A stretch of 62,945 nt of DNA, filler included, from Octopus bimaculoides (Eukaryota), in the NCBI RefSeq assembly GCF_001194135.2. It is 7 parts of 6 records of this genome, joined end to end, with 100 filler letters (N's around TTAATTAATTAA, not from the genome) between each part and the next. Parts side by side here need not be neighbours in the genome. Positions count along the whole stretch, not along the records: positions 20,670 to 44,716 come from NC_068987.1; positions 44,817 to 50,016 come from NC_068985.1; positions 50,117 to 56,032 come from NC_069002.1; 4 more parts are not named here. One strand, 5' to 3'. A model generated the notes under the pieces. The model was not told where the DNA came from. It did not search any database and saw nothing but the letters and a program-made list of their open reading frames with translations. Position numbers and translations under genes: made by a program. This document shows, piece by piece, positions 38,420-50,989 of this stretch (positions are counted from its first letter, which is position 1; each line of letters starts with the position of its first letter).

Positions 38420-39920
38420 TATTATAGACATCACACAGTATACAATATTGTGAGGTTGTTGATGGAAGATATTGTGTCTACTGGAGGTTTGTACTGTTTG
38501 TCAAGTCCAAACAAGGACCTCAGACAGACAGTAATTTATGCAATATGCATGCAGTTCCAAGTAATGCTGACTTTTGCAATACTCCTAGATTGTAGTGTAT
38601 TTCTAAAGTTTTCAGCTGTTTTTTTCAGATTGCATGGTATTGAACTCAATACTCCGATGACAATAGGTATAACCATTATGTTTGACTCTAGTACCTGCCA
38701 CATCTTAGCGATCTCAGTTCTCAGGTCTCCATATTTATCAACTTTTTCTCTTTCTTTCATGGTGATATGTTGAACTCCTGGCACTGCAACATCGTTTATC
38801 AGGCACTCTTGTTTGTCCTACCTAAAGGTTACTATATCCAGCTTTTGGTGCGCTAATACCTAGTCTGTCTGGAAGTCAAAGTCCCAGGGGATTCTTGCCT
38901 TTCCCTTTTTGTCCATTACCTTTTCCAGTGTATGTTGGTACCAAGTACCCATAACATTATATCCATACTTATGGCATAGTAGCCAGTGGAGGTTTTGGGC
39001 TACCTTGTCACGTCTATGCTTGTACTCTTTCTGCTCAAGACTTTCACAAGCACTAACAAGGTGAGTCATGCTTTTGACCCTCTTCCCACACATTCTGCAA
39101 AGGTCCGTTGCACTTGTGTAGTATATATTCTTTTTCACTGAGTTGGTATTCAGTGGTCCTGGGCAGCGATGATTAGGCTTTCAGTATTCTTTTTTAGGTC
39201 ACCCTTGTTAAGCCACCTCCATGATGCTTCTTGGTCTTTTAATTTGTTGGTTTCATGGTGGAACTGACCATATAATTCCATGCAGAGTAAGGTTTCTTCT
39301 CTCTTGTTTGGTGTCCTTGATCGGAATTCACGAGCACTCTCAAGTCATTTTTTGTTAAATCCTTCTGCATTAGCAGCATACTGTAGCTGGTCTTCTTTGC
39401 TGTTTACCAAATATTCTGTCATGTTTCTTCTTTCACTGTTGATGCACTCTTGTACACTAATCAGCCCATGTCTATCTTTACCCCTCTTCATGTAGAGCCT
39501 GTGTACATTCACCTCAGGGTGGAGGGCACCATACATTGTCAATGTCTTTCGGGTAGTGCGATTGAGCTGATTAATCTCCGCTTGTGTCCATTTCAGGATG
39601 GGTGCACTATAGTGGACTACAGCAACCACTCATATGTTGATGGCATTCACAAAGTTCTTTTAGTTGAGTTTTGATTTCAAGAGAAGTTTAAGGTGCTTGA
39701 AACATGCAGTGATGAACTTGTCTTTCATTTCTTTATGCAAGATATTGTCCAGCTCCAGGATCCCAAGGTACTTGTACCCATCATCATCCAGGTCTTTCAT
39801 TCTCTCTTCAATTGGCAATTCTATGCCCCTACAATTTACTCTTTTTCCCAGTTCAGAGTAAGCACCGCACACTTTGAGATACCAAATTCCATCCCTATAT
39901 CCTTGCTGCACATTTGCACA
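38420..39920 (-). mobile_element. R4/Dong-like (RLE) LINE, 5'-truncated and degenerate, between (ATT)/(ATC) tracts
   Basis: YKYLGILE, LKSKLN, TRKTLTMYGALHP..RLYMKRGK..GL, CRMC..HLVSAC, WDFDFQTD, DVAVPG..KE.EK..KY.DLR. Confidence 0.9.
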
Positions 39921-39942
39921 GTCTCAATTAGCCTCTCCATTC

Positions 39943-39981
<39 letters not shown>

Positions 39982-39989
39982 CATTATTA

Positions 39990-40570
39990 TTATTATTATT
40001 AAAGTAGCAGGCTGGCAGAATTGTTAGCACACCAGACAAAATGCTTAGCAGCCATTTCATTGGTTTTTATATTCCATGTTCAAATTCTGCTGAGGTCGAC
40101 TTTGCCTTTCATTCTTTTGAGTTTGATAAAATGAGTACCAGCCAAGCACTGGGCTTGATGTAATCAACTTACCTGCACCTCCAAAACTGCTGGCCTTGTA
40201 CCAAAATTTGAAATCATTATTATTGTTATTATAACTAAAGCAATGAGCTGGTAGAATTGTTAGCATGCTGGGCAATATTTCGTCTGTTGCTACATTGTGA
40301 GTTCAAATTTTGCCAAGGTTGACTTTGCCTTTCATCCTTTCGGTGGTGGGGGCATGAAATAAGTATGCACTGGGGTCGATGTAATCGACTAGCCCCCTTC
40401 CCCCAAAATTTTCAAGGCCTTGTGCCTAGAGTAGAAATAATTCTGAGTTCAAATTCCATTGAGGTCGACTTTGCCTTTCATTCTTTCAGGGTTGATAAAT
40501 TAAGTACCTGGGGTTGATGTAATTGACCAGTCACCTCCCCCAAAATTTCAGGTCTAGTGGCTATAGTAGA
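39990..40570 (+). mobile_element. Three tandem SINE family A copies
   Basis: Three iterations of GTTCAAATT...GGTCGACTTTGCCTTTCAT. Confidence 0.8.
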
Positions 40571-40624
40571 AAGGATTATTGTTATTATAACTATTATGTA
40601 TATGCTATGTCAGTAAGCAAGGAT

Positions 40625-41290
40625 GTTTTTTTGAGGTTTGGTGGCAACAAATCTCCTCAAATCTCAAGACTCTTTCTTATGATGCCTTCAGAATACAGAA
40701 TTACACTTTTCTGCATGTTTGACATGTATTTCTCAGTTCCAATATCTTTCAGCCTTTTAAATAGCAGTTTGAGTGTTGTGTCAAGTGTACCAATTACCAT
40801 ATGAATAATTGTCATCTTAGCCTTCCATAATTTCTTCAACTCTCTGGCTTGGTCCTGATATTGCTCAATTTTTTTTTTATATCCATTCCATTATCATATG
40901 GTATTGCAAATATATGACCTTACACTGTTTGTTTCTTTCGTCCTCTATAATCATATCGGGTCTTCTTGCTTCAATATGGTCAATCTTTATAGGGAAATCA
41001 TATATAGTCTTGTAACTTTTATTCACAACCTCTGCTTCTTGTTCATACCACTTTTCTGTTACTCTGAATCTACACATTTGACTAACATCCTAATGCACTT
41101 TTCACTTATACAGTCATGCCTGCACTTACATTTTTTCCGTGCTAGCTTACTAAATTCAATCAAGGTATGGTTAATACGTTCATCTCCTCACCCACAGATT
41201 CTGCTTTTGCTCAACTGAATTTTATCAAACCTTGCCTTTATTAAATTCATTCTGATGGCTTGTTCCTGAGTGGCTATAATAAGTGCTTCA
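40625..41290 (-). mobile_element. R4/Dong-like RLE LINE remnant
   Basis: EKWYEQE..YDFPIK.DH.IEARRPDMII; MSNMQKSVIL..IIRK.L. Confidence 0.7.
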
Positions 41291-41846
41291 GTTTCTTATT
41301 TCAGGTTTCTACTCATCAGCCACAACCAGCGTTCTTTACTTACAACATTGTTGGCTTGTTGCATGAATTGGTCACATAATTTGCTTCTTGTGGAAGGTAT
41401 GTATGCATTCCACTGGTGAGGTGGTCTGCTGCGAGCACTCCCTGTATAGAAGGCTGTGCTGAGATTGCACCATCTACAGAGATTCCAGGATAGTGAGCAG
41501 GTGTAGTCACCATTTATCAAGCATATTTTCTCCACAGTTCATCTCTTTCGTGGAGATCCAGTACTAAGTCAAGTAAAAACCAAGACTAGATGGTTTTTGT
41601 CATGACTGGAATTTTGTCAGTTGCTCACAACCCCTGACTAATTAGGTAATGCTATATTAGCATTCTATGGAGAGCTATTTATGGGAAAGAGTGAAGACAT
41701 TCTTGGTGAATCAGCTGGCTGGTCTGTTCTGGGTGACTTTCAGGTTGGGTACTATGAGGTACAATGGGTAACTTCCAAAAATCCTCTTAAGAAATATTGA
41801 ATAGACACTGTCATATATTGCTTTGATTTTTCTTTATTATTTTCAG

Positions 41847-43368
41847 ACTTACAGTAAATACCCACACTAAAATATTGACATTGATATTTGAAGAAATAGA
41901 ATGGAACTATGACCTAGAGAATGACAGTTTACCCCCACTGGCTAAGTACACTGGCTCAAGTCACCACTCTAGAAATGAGAAGTGGCAATATTTAAATTGG
42001 TCAGAGAACAGAACAGGCAGAGATAGCATTTCAAATAGTGATCGTTCAAAATCCTTCTCTTTGTTTGGACAAAGAGGCAACTCTCAAATACAAAGAATGA
42101 GCATATCAGAAGGTAGTAAGAGTTTTCAACTCAACCATAAAGTTAAAAGTTTCAGAACAAACCATTTGACAATATCTAAATACAATTTGAAGAATCGACT
42201 GAGCCACTCAGCTCAAAGTGGTTATAGATCAAAAGACAAACTGACTCACTCTTCGCAAAACAGTCAAAGGACTTCAAGCAAGTGGAAGAAGAAAGATGCC
42301 ACCTGGCAACAGAAATCTAAAAGTGAGAATGAGATGAAAATAAATTTTGTCAAAAAGTCTACAGTAATTTCAAATAATGTTTCCCAAATTGCTCAAAATG
42401 GTGAAAATCTAAAATCTGATGAAGAAACTGATCAGGAGTTAACTCTGGTGCGTAGACTATCATGGTCTTTTGATCCCCCTAAGGTTGTTGAGTCCAAAGA
42501 AGTTAGTTTGCTTGAAACTAAAAGCTTGCTGAGGTCCCAAATTCGTACTAAAACTAAAGTGAAAATTCCAGAGTTTATCCATTTAACAAGACAAGCTTAC
42601 CAACAACATCAGCAGCAGAGTAAACTTACAAATGTGACACCTTCAAAAACACACCGGTCTCTCTCTTCTCCAGGGAAAATTGACCCAAGGACAAGAATTT
42701 CTCTTAATCAAGTGTTCCTATCTCAATTGAAGGACTCTGGTTCTTCCAATGAAAATAAAGAAAACAATGATGATGATCCAAAAGGTAAGACAGAAGCTAG
42801 AATTATGACAAAGACAACAGTGCTGACCAAGTTTGTCACAAAATACACCAAAACCAAGGCAAAATTTGAAATGCAATCACCAAAAATAAAGTCTACCATT
42901 CCAAGAGGTTGGACCACAAGTCCTGCACCAACTTGGTTTCTACTGGAACAAGATTCAAAATCTTGTGTTATCAGACCAATTACAGCTTTTACTAAACATA
43001 CCAAATCAGATTCAGATTTGGTTATAAAAAGAGGATTTTATTCTTCAGATTCTCTCATGCAGCCAGTTCAAAGATTAATTCCAACTAAACAACAGATGGA
43101 TAAAATTGCTGAACTTCAGGCAAACTACCGTTTAAGGTGTGAAAGTCGACGGCAGGATAACATGATACAGGGCAGGGTGAGGTTGTGTGATGATCCACTT
43201 AGAGATTATGCTGAATTTCATCTGAAAACATATCAGGAAGAAAACCAAGAAATTGAAGAGATGGAGAGAATGAAAAAATGTCTTGAAATGGAACAAAAAC
43301 AAAAGCAAGAGCAGAAGCAAATAGCACACTGGTTGGCATTTTCTAAGGGTTTACGTACATCAAGTTGA
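41847..43368 (+). CDS. FBXW10: FBXW10-like terminal coding exon (phase 2 to TGA): end of the WD40 propeller plus a ~490-aa S/K/Q-rich tail
   Basis: tttcag|A CTT ACA GTA AAT; (R)LTVNTHTKILTLIFEEIEWNY resembles vertebrate MVVNTESNVLMFQFEHIKWQY; 1522-nt open exon; the seven exons total 2535 nt = 845 codons. Confidence 0.93.
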
Positions 43369-44309
43369 TATCAAATCTGCAATAAGAATGTAACAGAGAC
43401 AACCAAACTGTTCCAATCAAATTGTAAATAATTAATTTATTCCTTTAGACATAATTCTCCAATTTCTTTAGGGAAGTAGGGTGTATTTGACTGAACCCTA
43501 GTATATCACTGGTATTATTTTAAGCTCCTTAGAAAATTGAAAGACAAGGTGTTATTTGAACTTGTAATGTAGAGAGATGGAACTAAATGCTGTAATGAGT
43601 CTAGTCTGACAAACTACCATTTGAGCTGACAATATTCTCTAAATTGTTGAGAATGGCTACCAGACTAACTGAAAATTCTTTCACTGTTTTTGTACATATT
43701 GATTAAATTTAGAATAGAAGATTTATCCTTTTAACTACAGTGTCATTGATATTTTTTTAAAAATAGACCTCAGTGGCTCATTGAAGTGGGACTTAATGTT
43801 TATACCTGAAATCTCAATGTTCCTACTTCATGGCACACTAGAGATAATCCTTTCTCCTGTAGGCACAAGGCCTGAAATGTTTTTTTGGGGAGCTAGTAGA
43901 TTACATTGACTTCAGTACTCAGTTGGTACTTTTTTCATTTCCCCTGAATGGGATGAAAGGCAAAAGTTGACTTTGGTGGAATTTGAACATAAAGCCAGAA
44001 GAAATGCCACTAAGAATTTTGTCTAGAATTTTCTTTTCATGACCTGACTTTTTTGTCTGATGTCACTTTGTCAAACATCACTTTGTCCATGTTTTTTGGT
44101 CAGATGTCTTTTTGTCCGATGATTTTTATGTCCAATTTTAAATAAACTGCTTAAAAAACAAGGTGAACATCAAAATCAAATAAACATTGGGAATTTTATT
44201 GATAAGATTTTGTCATTGGACAAAAAGACAGACCAAAAGACATGGTCGAAAAGACTTTTGATGAAGCGATGCTGCATGAAAAGACATAGCACCTTTTCTT
44301 TTATTCTTT

Positions 44310-44555
44310 TACTTCTTGCAGTCATTTGACTGTGGCCATGCTGGAGTACAGCCTTGAAGGTTTTTGTTTGTTTTTATTTGAACAAATTGACCCCAGGACT
44401 TATATCTTAAGCCTAGTACTTATTCTATTAGTCTCACAAAGACTCACATAGATATATACATATATATGACAGGCTTCTTTTAGTTTCCATCCACCAAATC
44501 CACTCACAAGGTTATAGTAGAAGACACTTACCCAAGGTTCCACACAGTGGGACTA
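44310..44555 (-). mobile_element. CORE-type SINE (OR-like), partial
   Basis: GACTGTGGCCATGCTGGAG...CCACCAAATCCACTCACAAGG...GAAGACACTTACCCAAGG. Confidence 0.7.
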
Positions 44556-44716
44556 TCAATGGGACTACCAACTCACCAATTCTAGAGATTAAATTATAAA
44601 CTACCGGTGGACTTCACATGGAAAGTTAAACAAAAACTGCCTTTTTAAGTTAAAAATCAGTAAAAAAAGAATATACAAAACTATTGGTTACCTCATTTTA
44701 TTAATCACGTTTTCAT

Positions 44717-44816
44717 NNNNNNNNNNNNNNNNNNNNNNNNNNNNNNNNNNNNNNNNNNNNTTAATTAATTAANNNNNNNNNNNNNNNNNNNNNNNNNNNN
44801 NNNNNNNNNNNNNNNN
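44717..44816. other. Assembly spacer
   Basis: 44 N + TTAATTAATTAA + 44 N. Confidence 0.97.
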
Positions 44817-45083
44817 GCAAAAAAAACCTATTTGTATATGCTCCACAAGGGAAAACAAGGAACATTGTTTACAGCGAGGTGTTATAATCACAACAGCAAG
44901 AAAGTATGTACATGATCACCTTCTTTTACGAAACTTCATTGACTTTCATATATTTATATTGACATACATTTGGATGCGTGTGTGTATATACATCTCTATA
45001 TATAAAGATGATGCGTAGTCTAGACGGCGTTTTTAGATTTCATTATTCTCTTTAACCCGGGCAACGCCGGGTATTTCTGCTAG
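44817..45083 (+). mobile_element. Helitron 3' terminus, including the last codons of RepHel
   Basis: KKNLFVYAPQGKTRNIVYSEVL* (stop 44885-44887); hairpin ACCCGG-gcaacg-CCGGGT at 45055-45072; CTAG|T end. Confidence 0.85.
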
Positions 45084-45331
45084 TTGTTAATAATCACACA
45101 TACCCATTCAAAATTGTTTTATATTTTTCTGTTATGAAAAAATTTTGTGAAAATATATTAGTAACTTAATGAATCCTTTAATGAAATATATTTTTGTATT
45201 TTCTTTTGCTGATACAAAAACATTGTGTCATCCAAAGTTTTTTTAGTGTTATGGTATTGTGTAATTTCTCATTGTTAATTACCTTGATAGTTAATACATT
45301 CTGCTAAATTGGTTTTCTTTTACATTTCTAG

Positions 45332-45419
45332 GAACATGAATCTGAAGGAGGAAGAACACCTTTAATGAAAGCTGCCAGGGCAGGACATCAATGCACTGTC
45401 CAATTTTTAATAAATAAAG
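45332..45419 (+). CDS. mask: mask/ANKHD1-ANKRD17 internal exon (phase 0-1), ankyrin repeat
   Basis: ttctag|GAA CAT...AAA G|gtaaac; EHESEGGRTPLMKAARAGHQCTVQFLINK, near-identical to remembered ANKHD1 sequence. Confidence 0.93.
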
Positions 45420-47820
45420 GTAAACTTGTCTTTATTTTGTTTCTTGAATCTGATTTAATATTTTTTTTATGTCTATTCAATCTGATGGTAGTATGCCTAA
45501 AATGATATCTAGTGAGAAACTATCTTTTATTGTTTAGATGCCTTTAACAGCGTGCATTTGTTGCCAGTGTGCCAGAATCAGAAAAGCAGCAAGAACGACA
45601 TCCAGTTTCTAGTTGTGCTGATCTCACATGTATTAATCTCTTGTAAAGTGACTGGCTATCAGAAGGTACCAATGGTAAAACTTTCTCAGTAGGGATCTGT
45701 TGTCAAATAAGAACTAATCTCATTATAACACTTTGAGGAATTACCTTAGCTAGAGATTCCATCAACAACTGAATATTTGTATTCTCTTCCCAAATCAAAC
45801 GAAATATAAATTTGCTGAACAATTTCCTATCTTCTACACTTACACTTGTGCTCCCTTTTCTTCTGCTCACATCCCAACTCGGCCTTCTCTTTATCTCTAA
45901 AATATAAATTTCTTCTAATCTATTTAGATACATTTATTCCTCTTTTTTTTTTTTTTTTTAAATCTTATTCTTAAGTGACAGCAATAAAGATTTTCAACTT
46001 CTTTCAGGTGAAACTTTCTATCTCTTTGATCATCTATTACCCGAACTATTTACTAAACTTATTCAGCTATTTGTCTTTGATTGACCTTTGCAACATCTTG
46101 AACACTTAATCTCATTTCACCTTTAATCTCACTTGCTTTGCTATCATCATGTGCATATTTGGTATCTACTGACTTCTGCTTTATTGCTACATTTCACTGT
46201 ACATTGAATTACCACTCATCAGCTTCATTTATCTCTTCTCATACAAATTAACTAATTTTTTTATTCTAAGCCCTCATCAGTAGAATTTCATTCCTTATCC
46301 ATCTGAAATTGTTGTTTCAACAATTGCTTAATCCTCTCATACATTCCACACATCAAACCAATGGCATCTGAATGGTTTGCAAGAAGTTTAGTTGCTGCCA
46401 TAGAAGCTCAGATTTACACCACCTTGGGGGAATAAACCTCTGTCACTTACATGAAAGCTTTTGGTTGCAAACACTTGTACAAGAAGACTGCTCAGAGAGC
46501 AAAAGTTTCTTTAGCATGAATTATGATTTATTAAAGTCCAACCCATGCCAGTATGGAAAATTGATGTTAAATGATGATAAAAGTAGATCAGTCAGTTTTG
46601 CCTATCACTTACCAACTGTGGTGACATTGCTTGTAGTCAGTGCCTTTAAAATTGCTATCTACTCTGCACCCAACAAACTCTTTATCAGATTTCCTCACTA
46701 AAACAACTAACAAAAGCATAGACTCTGTATGTTACACATACATGCTCTCTCTTTCTGTCTGTCTTTTTCTCTGTCAGCAAACTTATATTTTCATTTTCTT
46801 ACGAATATATTTACCTTGAAACATAAAGCCCCTCATAGGGTTTACTTATTTCTCTAACATTCTTCCTTCGCAGTTTCATTCAATAGTACCAAAATATAGA
46901 TAATACACATTTTAAAACAGAAGACCTGCTCATCTTAAACCAATATATATCTAAGATAGTCATAATCCATACAAGACATACATCACAAAATGTGGCTTCC
47001 TTGTGCTGCTCACACATTTGGGATAATGCACTCATTCACCATATTGCTAAAAACATTGTGCTTGTGATGAGCATTCCTTCTTCACTCTATAATTTTTAAC
47101 GTTTTGATCTGTTCTTATTTGTTCCATCTGTCACCCTGATCCCCTAAATTTGCTTCTGTCACCCTTGCTCTGTTACATTCTTCAGACTACATACTAAACA
47201 TTACAATTCTTAAAACAATTAAATAGGTATGATAATCATTTGGTATTACTGTAAAGCAAATTGAACATGGCTGTAGCCATTGCACTCTTTTGTAGCTAAG
47301 GCTTCATTTGATATTTTTATTAGTTCTGTCACAATCTTTTTATAGATGTGTTAAATTTCCTTGGTTATAATGAAATTCAATTATAGGGGTTCATTATTTT
47401 TAACTCCTGTGAGGTGCAATAATTTAAGTTCAATGCTAGTACAAGAAAATGTGTACAGAATTATAGCATTTGCATATAATCATAGTATATGTAATGCAAT
47501 GTAATAATATGTGGAAAACATATAAAAAAATATTAATTCTAGTTCATAATTTTAGTTAAATTAGAGTACACCAAAGTTGTTATATTTTTGAAATGTAGTT
47601 TTTTACCATTTTATGAGTAAAGTTATGTAAATTGATAACTTGATCAGTTTTGTAATTAAAAATTAAGATTTTGCTTAGTTAGTCTCTTGTAATCTAGATT
47701 CTATATTTCTGTACATTTTTTTCTTTTCTCTTTTGAGGTATTATTTTATCTTGATTGTCTACTTTGAATGTAAATTGCTTTAAGTCAACTTAATTTGCTT
47801 TGTTTCATTTTCCTTTCAAG

Positions 47821-47948
47821 GGGCCAATGTTAACCGTCAGACCTCAACAAATGATCACACAGTGCTTTCTTTAGCCTGTGCGGGAGGCCACCTTGAAGTT
47901 GTTGAACTGTTATTAAATAGCGGTGCTAACCTCACACACAGGTTGAAG
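47821..47948 (+). CDS. mask: mask internal exon (phase 1-0), ankyrin repeat
   Basis: ttcaag|GG GCC AAT...TTG AAG|gtatgt; GANVNRQTSTNDHTVLSLACAGGHLEVVELLLNSGANLTHRLK. Confidence 0.95.
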
Positions 47949-48252
47949 GTATGTATTTTCACTAAATAGAAATCATAATTTTATATGTATGCATTTTTGA
48001 CTCTATTTTATGATTCTTGGGGGGAAAAACTAGTAACCAAAAGTCATTGTTTATTGTACATATATTTAAATCAAAATAATTTTTAAACATATCATTCAAA
48101 ATAATTATTAAACATTATATTTGGAAGATTATTTTGCATGAATATTACTCAATGCTTATGATAGAAAATTGTGAAAAGTCTCTTAAAGTACATTTCCTTA
48201 TGACTATCTAAGAAACATTTCAGAATTTAGATACTTCCTTCTTATTATTCAG

Positions 48253-48396
48253 GATGGCTCGACCATGATAATAGAAGCTGCCAAAGGAGGCCACACTGCA
48301 GTAGTAAGCCTGCTATTGGAGTTTCCAAATAGGTTTATGCATTCTGCTCCTGAATACTCTCAACCAACTCATCAAGATGTCAATCTTAACACTGAG
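48253..48396 (+). CDS. mask: mask internal exon (phase 0-0), last repeat of ankyrin cluster 1
   Basis: attcag|GAT GGC...ACT GAG|gtaagt; DGSTMIIEAAKGGHTAVVSLLLEFPN... Confidence 0.95.
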
Positions 48397-48703
48397 GTAA
48401 GTCTTTTCTTGTTTTGTCTAATTTTATGCAGCATCCATTTAAAATCAATAATGTAGAGGAGTAATATCTGATTTAGTATCAAGATCAATATAGGAAAATA
48501 ATATCATTTTAAAAATACTAAAAGAATTAATAAATAAATTGTTGCATCTTTGGAATTGGAAAGTATCTTGTTTTTTTTTATAGCTTTTAAATTAAAATAT
48601 TGTTTATTGGAAAATATTGACGATTGGTTATTCATATTTTATAATTTAAGTAATTTACCTGAACAAAATAGGTTATCTGTATTTTTCATGTATTATTTAA
48701 TAG

Positions 48704-48800
48704 CATAGAGTCCCTGTACATGGCTTGGGAAATATTGTTCCTCCAAATGATCCAGATTCCGGTGCAATGAATGCTAATGGTTATGTTCCAAGTTTACCAG
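48704..48800 (+). CDS. mask: mask internal exon (phase 0-1), linker after the ankyrin cluster
   Basis: taatag|CAT AGA GTC...CCA G|gtaatt; HRVPVHGLGNIVPPNDPD resembles ANKHD1 PRVPTHTLAMVVPPQEPD. Confidence 0.85.
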
Positions 48801-49720
48801 GTAATTACTTTTCATTTAAAATAACTTATTCTTGGAATTATGTACACTGAAATATTCAAATGGAAGATAAGTTTCTCTGAGTAAAATAATCACTATTAAA
48901 TTCTTCATTAAAATGTAAAGTATAAATGTAAATTTAGTTAAGATATTGTCATTTGTAATCAAAATTATTAAACATAGTTAGGAAATTATCTTGCATAAAC
49001 TTTACTCAAACAAATTTTGTAATATATATAAGTTATAGAAAGTCTCTTAAATGTATTTACCTTATGAATATCTATGAAACATTTTAGATTTAGTTTTGTG
49101 ATTTGTCTTCTCTTCAAATTCACTTTATTTATTTATTTTTTTTTTCTTTTCAAAGACCTTTCTCTTTCTCAGTCTATCACTGCAGTTAGACTGCTTGTGT
49201 TTGTTTGTAATTTTTTTGTATTTGATCCCATTGTAAAATTTCCAGCTTCTGTTGAAGTTGATTTTTGTTTTGTGAATTCAAATTATAAAATCGAATTCTC
49301 ACAGTACATCTCTCCTAAATTCTGTCTCCTGTCAGGAATGTCATATAAACTGATGTAGTTTAAGCCCATAGCAACTTCACCTCCTTATTTTCATGTAAAA
49401 GAAAAATAAGCTAAGTATTCTCAGAATATTGATTATTATGTAGACATTTTAATGTATCTTGAACAAAATGTTTACTTTGTTCTATTTTGTAATAACTATA
49501 GACTTTTTAGAAAAATTAGACATGACAGGTTAAAACTATTTTTATTTCTCATGACTAGGTCATATTATTCACAGTAAAAGTGATATTCTTGTATCCTGAA
49601 ATTAATTTCATTGCATAGCATTCAACTGAAGAAATAATCCTCTGCAGTTGCACAGTTGTTCATTATGAACAATGTAAGACAAATAGTGAGTTGTGTAATT
49701 TTCAAGTTCACAGCCAAATA

Positions 49721-50016
49721 TCTATATATATAAAAATGAGAATGTGTGTCTGTCTGTCTGTGTGTGTGAATCCCTAAAACTCGAGAACTAAGCAACCAAT
49801 TTCATTCAAATTTTACAGATGCCTTACTTAGGGTTCCAGTTGTGTTTTAGTCAAAAAATTTTTTTAACTTCTTGCAGAGTTCGAGCCCACGGCAACATAA
49901 TATCTCCTCCACTATTTAAGTATTACGTGTCAAAAGTGAAACAAAAACATTCATGTCAAATACTTTCACTTTAAAAATGAAACTATTCCACTAACTGAAA
50001 CAATCACATTTCGATA
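49721..50016 (+). mobile_element. Helitron 5' terminus
   Basis: A|TCTATATATATAAAAATGAG, then (TGTC)n/(TG)n and AAAACT..ACTA..CAACCAATTTC..CAAATTTT, a typical animal Helitron start; runs into the spacer. Confidence 0.75.
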
Positions 50017-50116
50017 NNNNNNNNNNNNNNNNNNNNNNNNNNNNNNNNNNNNNNNNNNNNTTAATTAATTAANNNNNNNNNNNNNNNNNNNNNNNNNNNN
50101 NNNNNNNNNNNNNNNN
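50017..50116. other. Assembly spacer
   Basis: 44 N + TTAATTAATTAA + 44 N. Confidence 0.97.
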
Positions 50117-50165
50117 GTTTTTCATATTCCTAAATCCGTTGGTGAAATCCTGTACCCATATATGC

Positions 50166-50221
<56 letters not shown>

Positions 50222-50989
50222 TACTCTATATTATATATATACATATGTCTGTGTGTGTGCGCTCTCTAACGATGGTATTTGTTACAATAACTAGCAGTCA
50301 AATTCTCTACATACGAAGCATTTTTATAACTGATTTGAAGAAAGCACCTCATAGTTTCGAAGCGATATTCTTTACCACGCCGCTATATCTTCACAGTTTA
50401 GCTCGTCCATTGTACCTCTAATATTGTATTATATGCATGACATGGTCGTCTGGAGTATTAATGAGTCTTTGCGCTTCTAATATAGCGCACACCATTTCCA
50501 TTGCATCTCAATGCATATCTTGAAGGTAAATAGCGCAGCGTCTATTGCAGAAACATAGTTTAAATGAAGGTAGAGTTAAATGAAGGGTGGCATGTATTCA
50601 CTTGAGCTGTTCTATATTTTAATCGGACTCTGATCTTGAATAAATTACGCAATCACATGTAAGCAGAAATGCAAATATACACATTTCAATTGCACTCACG
50701 CTCCCACACCGGCGTACGCACAGAAACATATAGAGACATACACACATACATACATATGATGACGCATAGCGATTACACTTACAGACACATTAATATGACG
50801 TATACAGTGACATGTGTAGATATACGCAGGCACACATATAGTATGCACATGGTGCGAAGAGCATTCGAGGAAAATTATTATTCGTACTTGACGCTATTCA
50901 AACCAATCAAAAAGTGTTTACTTCATTCGGATCCTTCAAGGCAGATAAAGAGCTAACACACACACACACATAGAAAAAGAGAAATCCAG

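Noticed and set aside
41875-43368. Stand-alone 497-aa gene starting MTLIFEE
   Set aside because: The start codon is TTG inside an exon; the frame continues to an acceptor at 41847 that joins the WD40 exons in phase
49649-49674. 26-nt micro-exon continuing mask (cag|TTGCACAG...AACAAT|gtaaga)
   Set aside because: Phase-compatible but too short, with no homology support; needs RNA-seq
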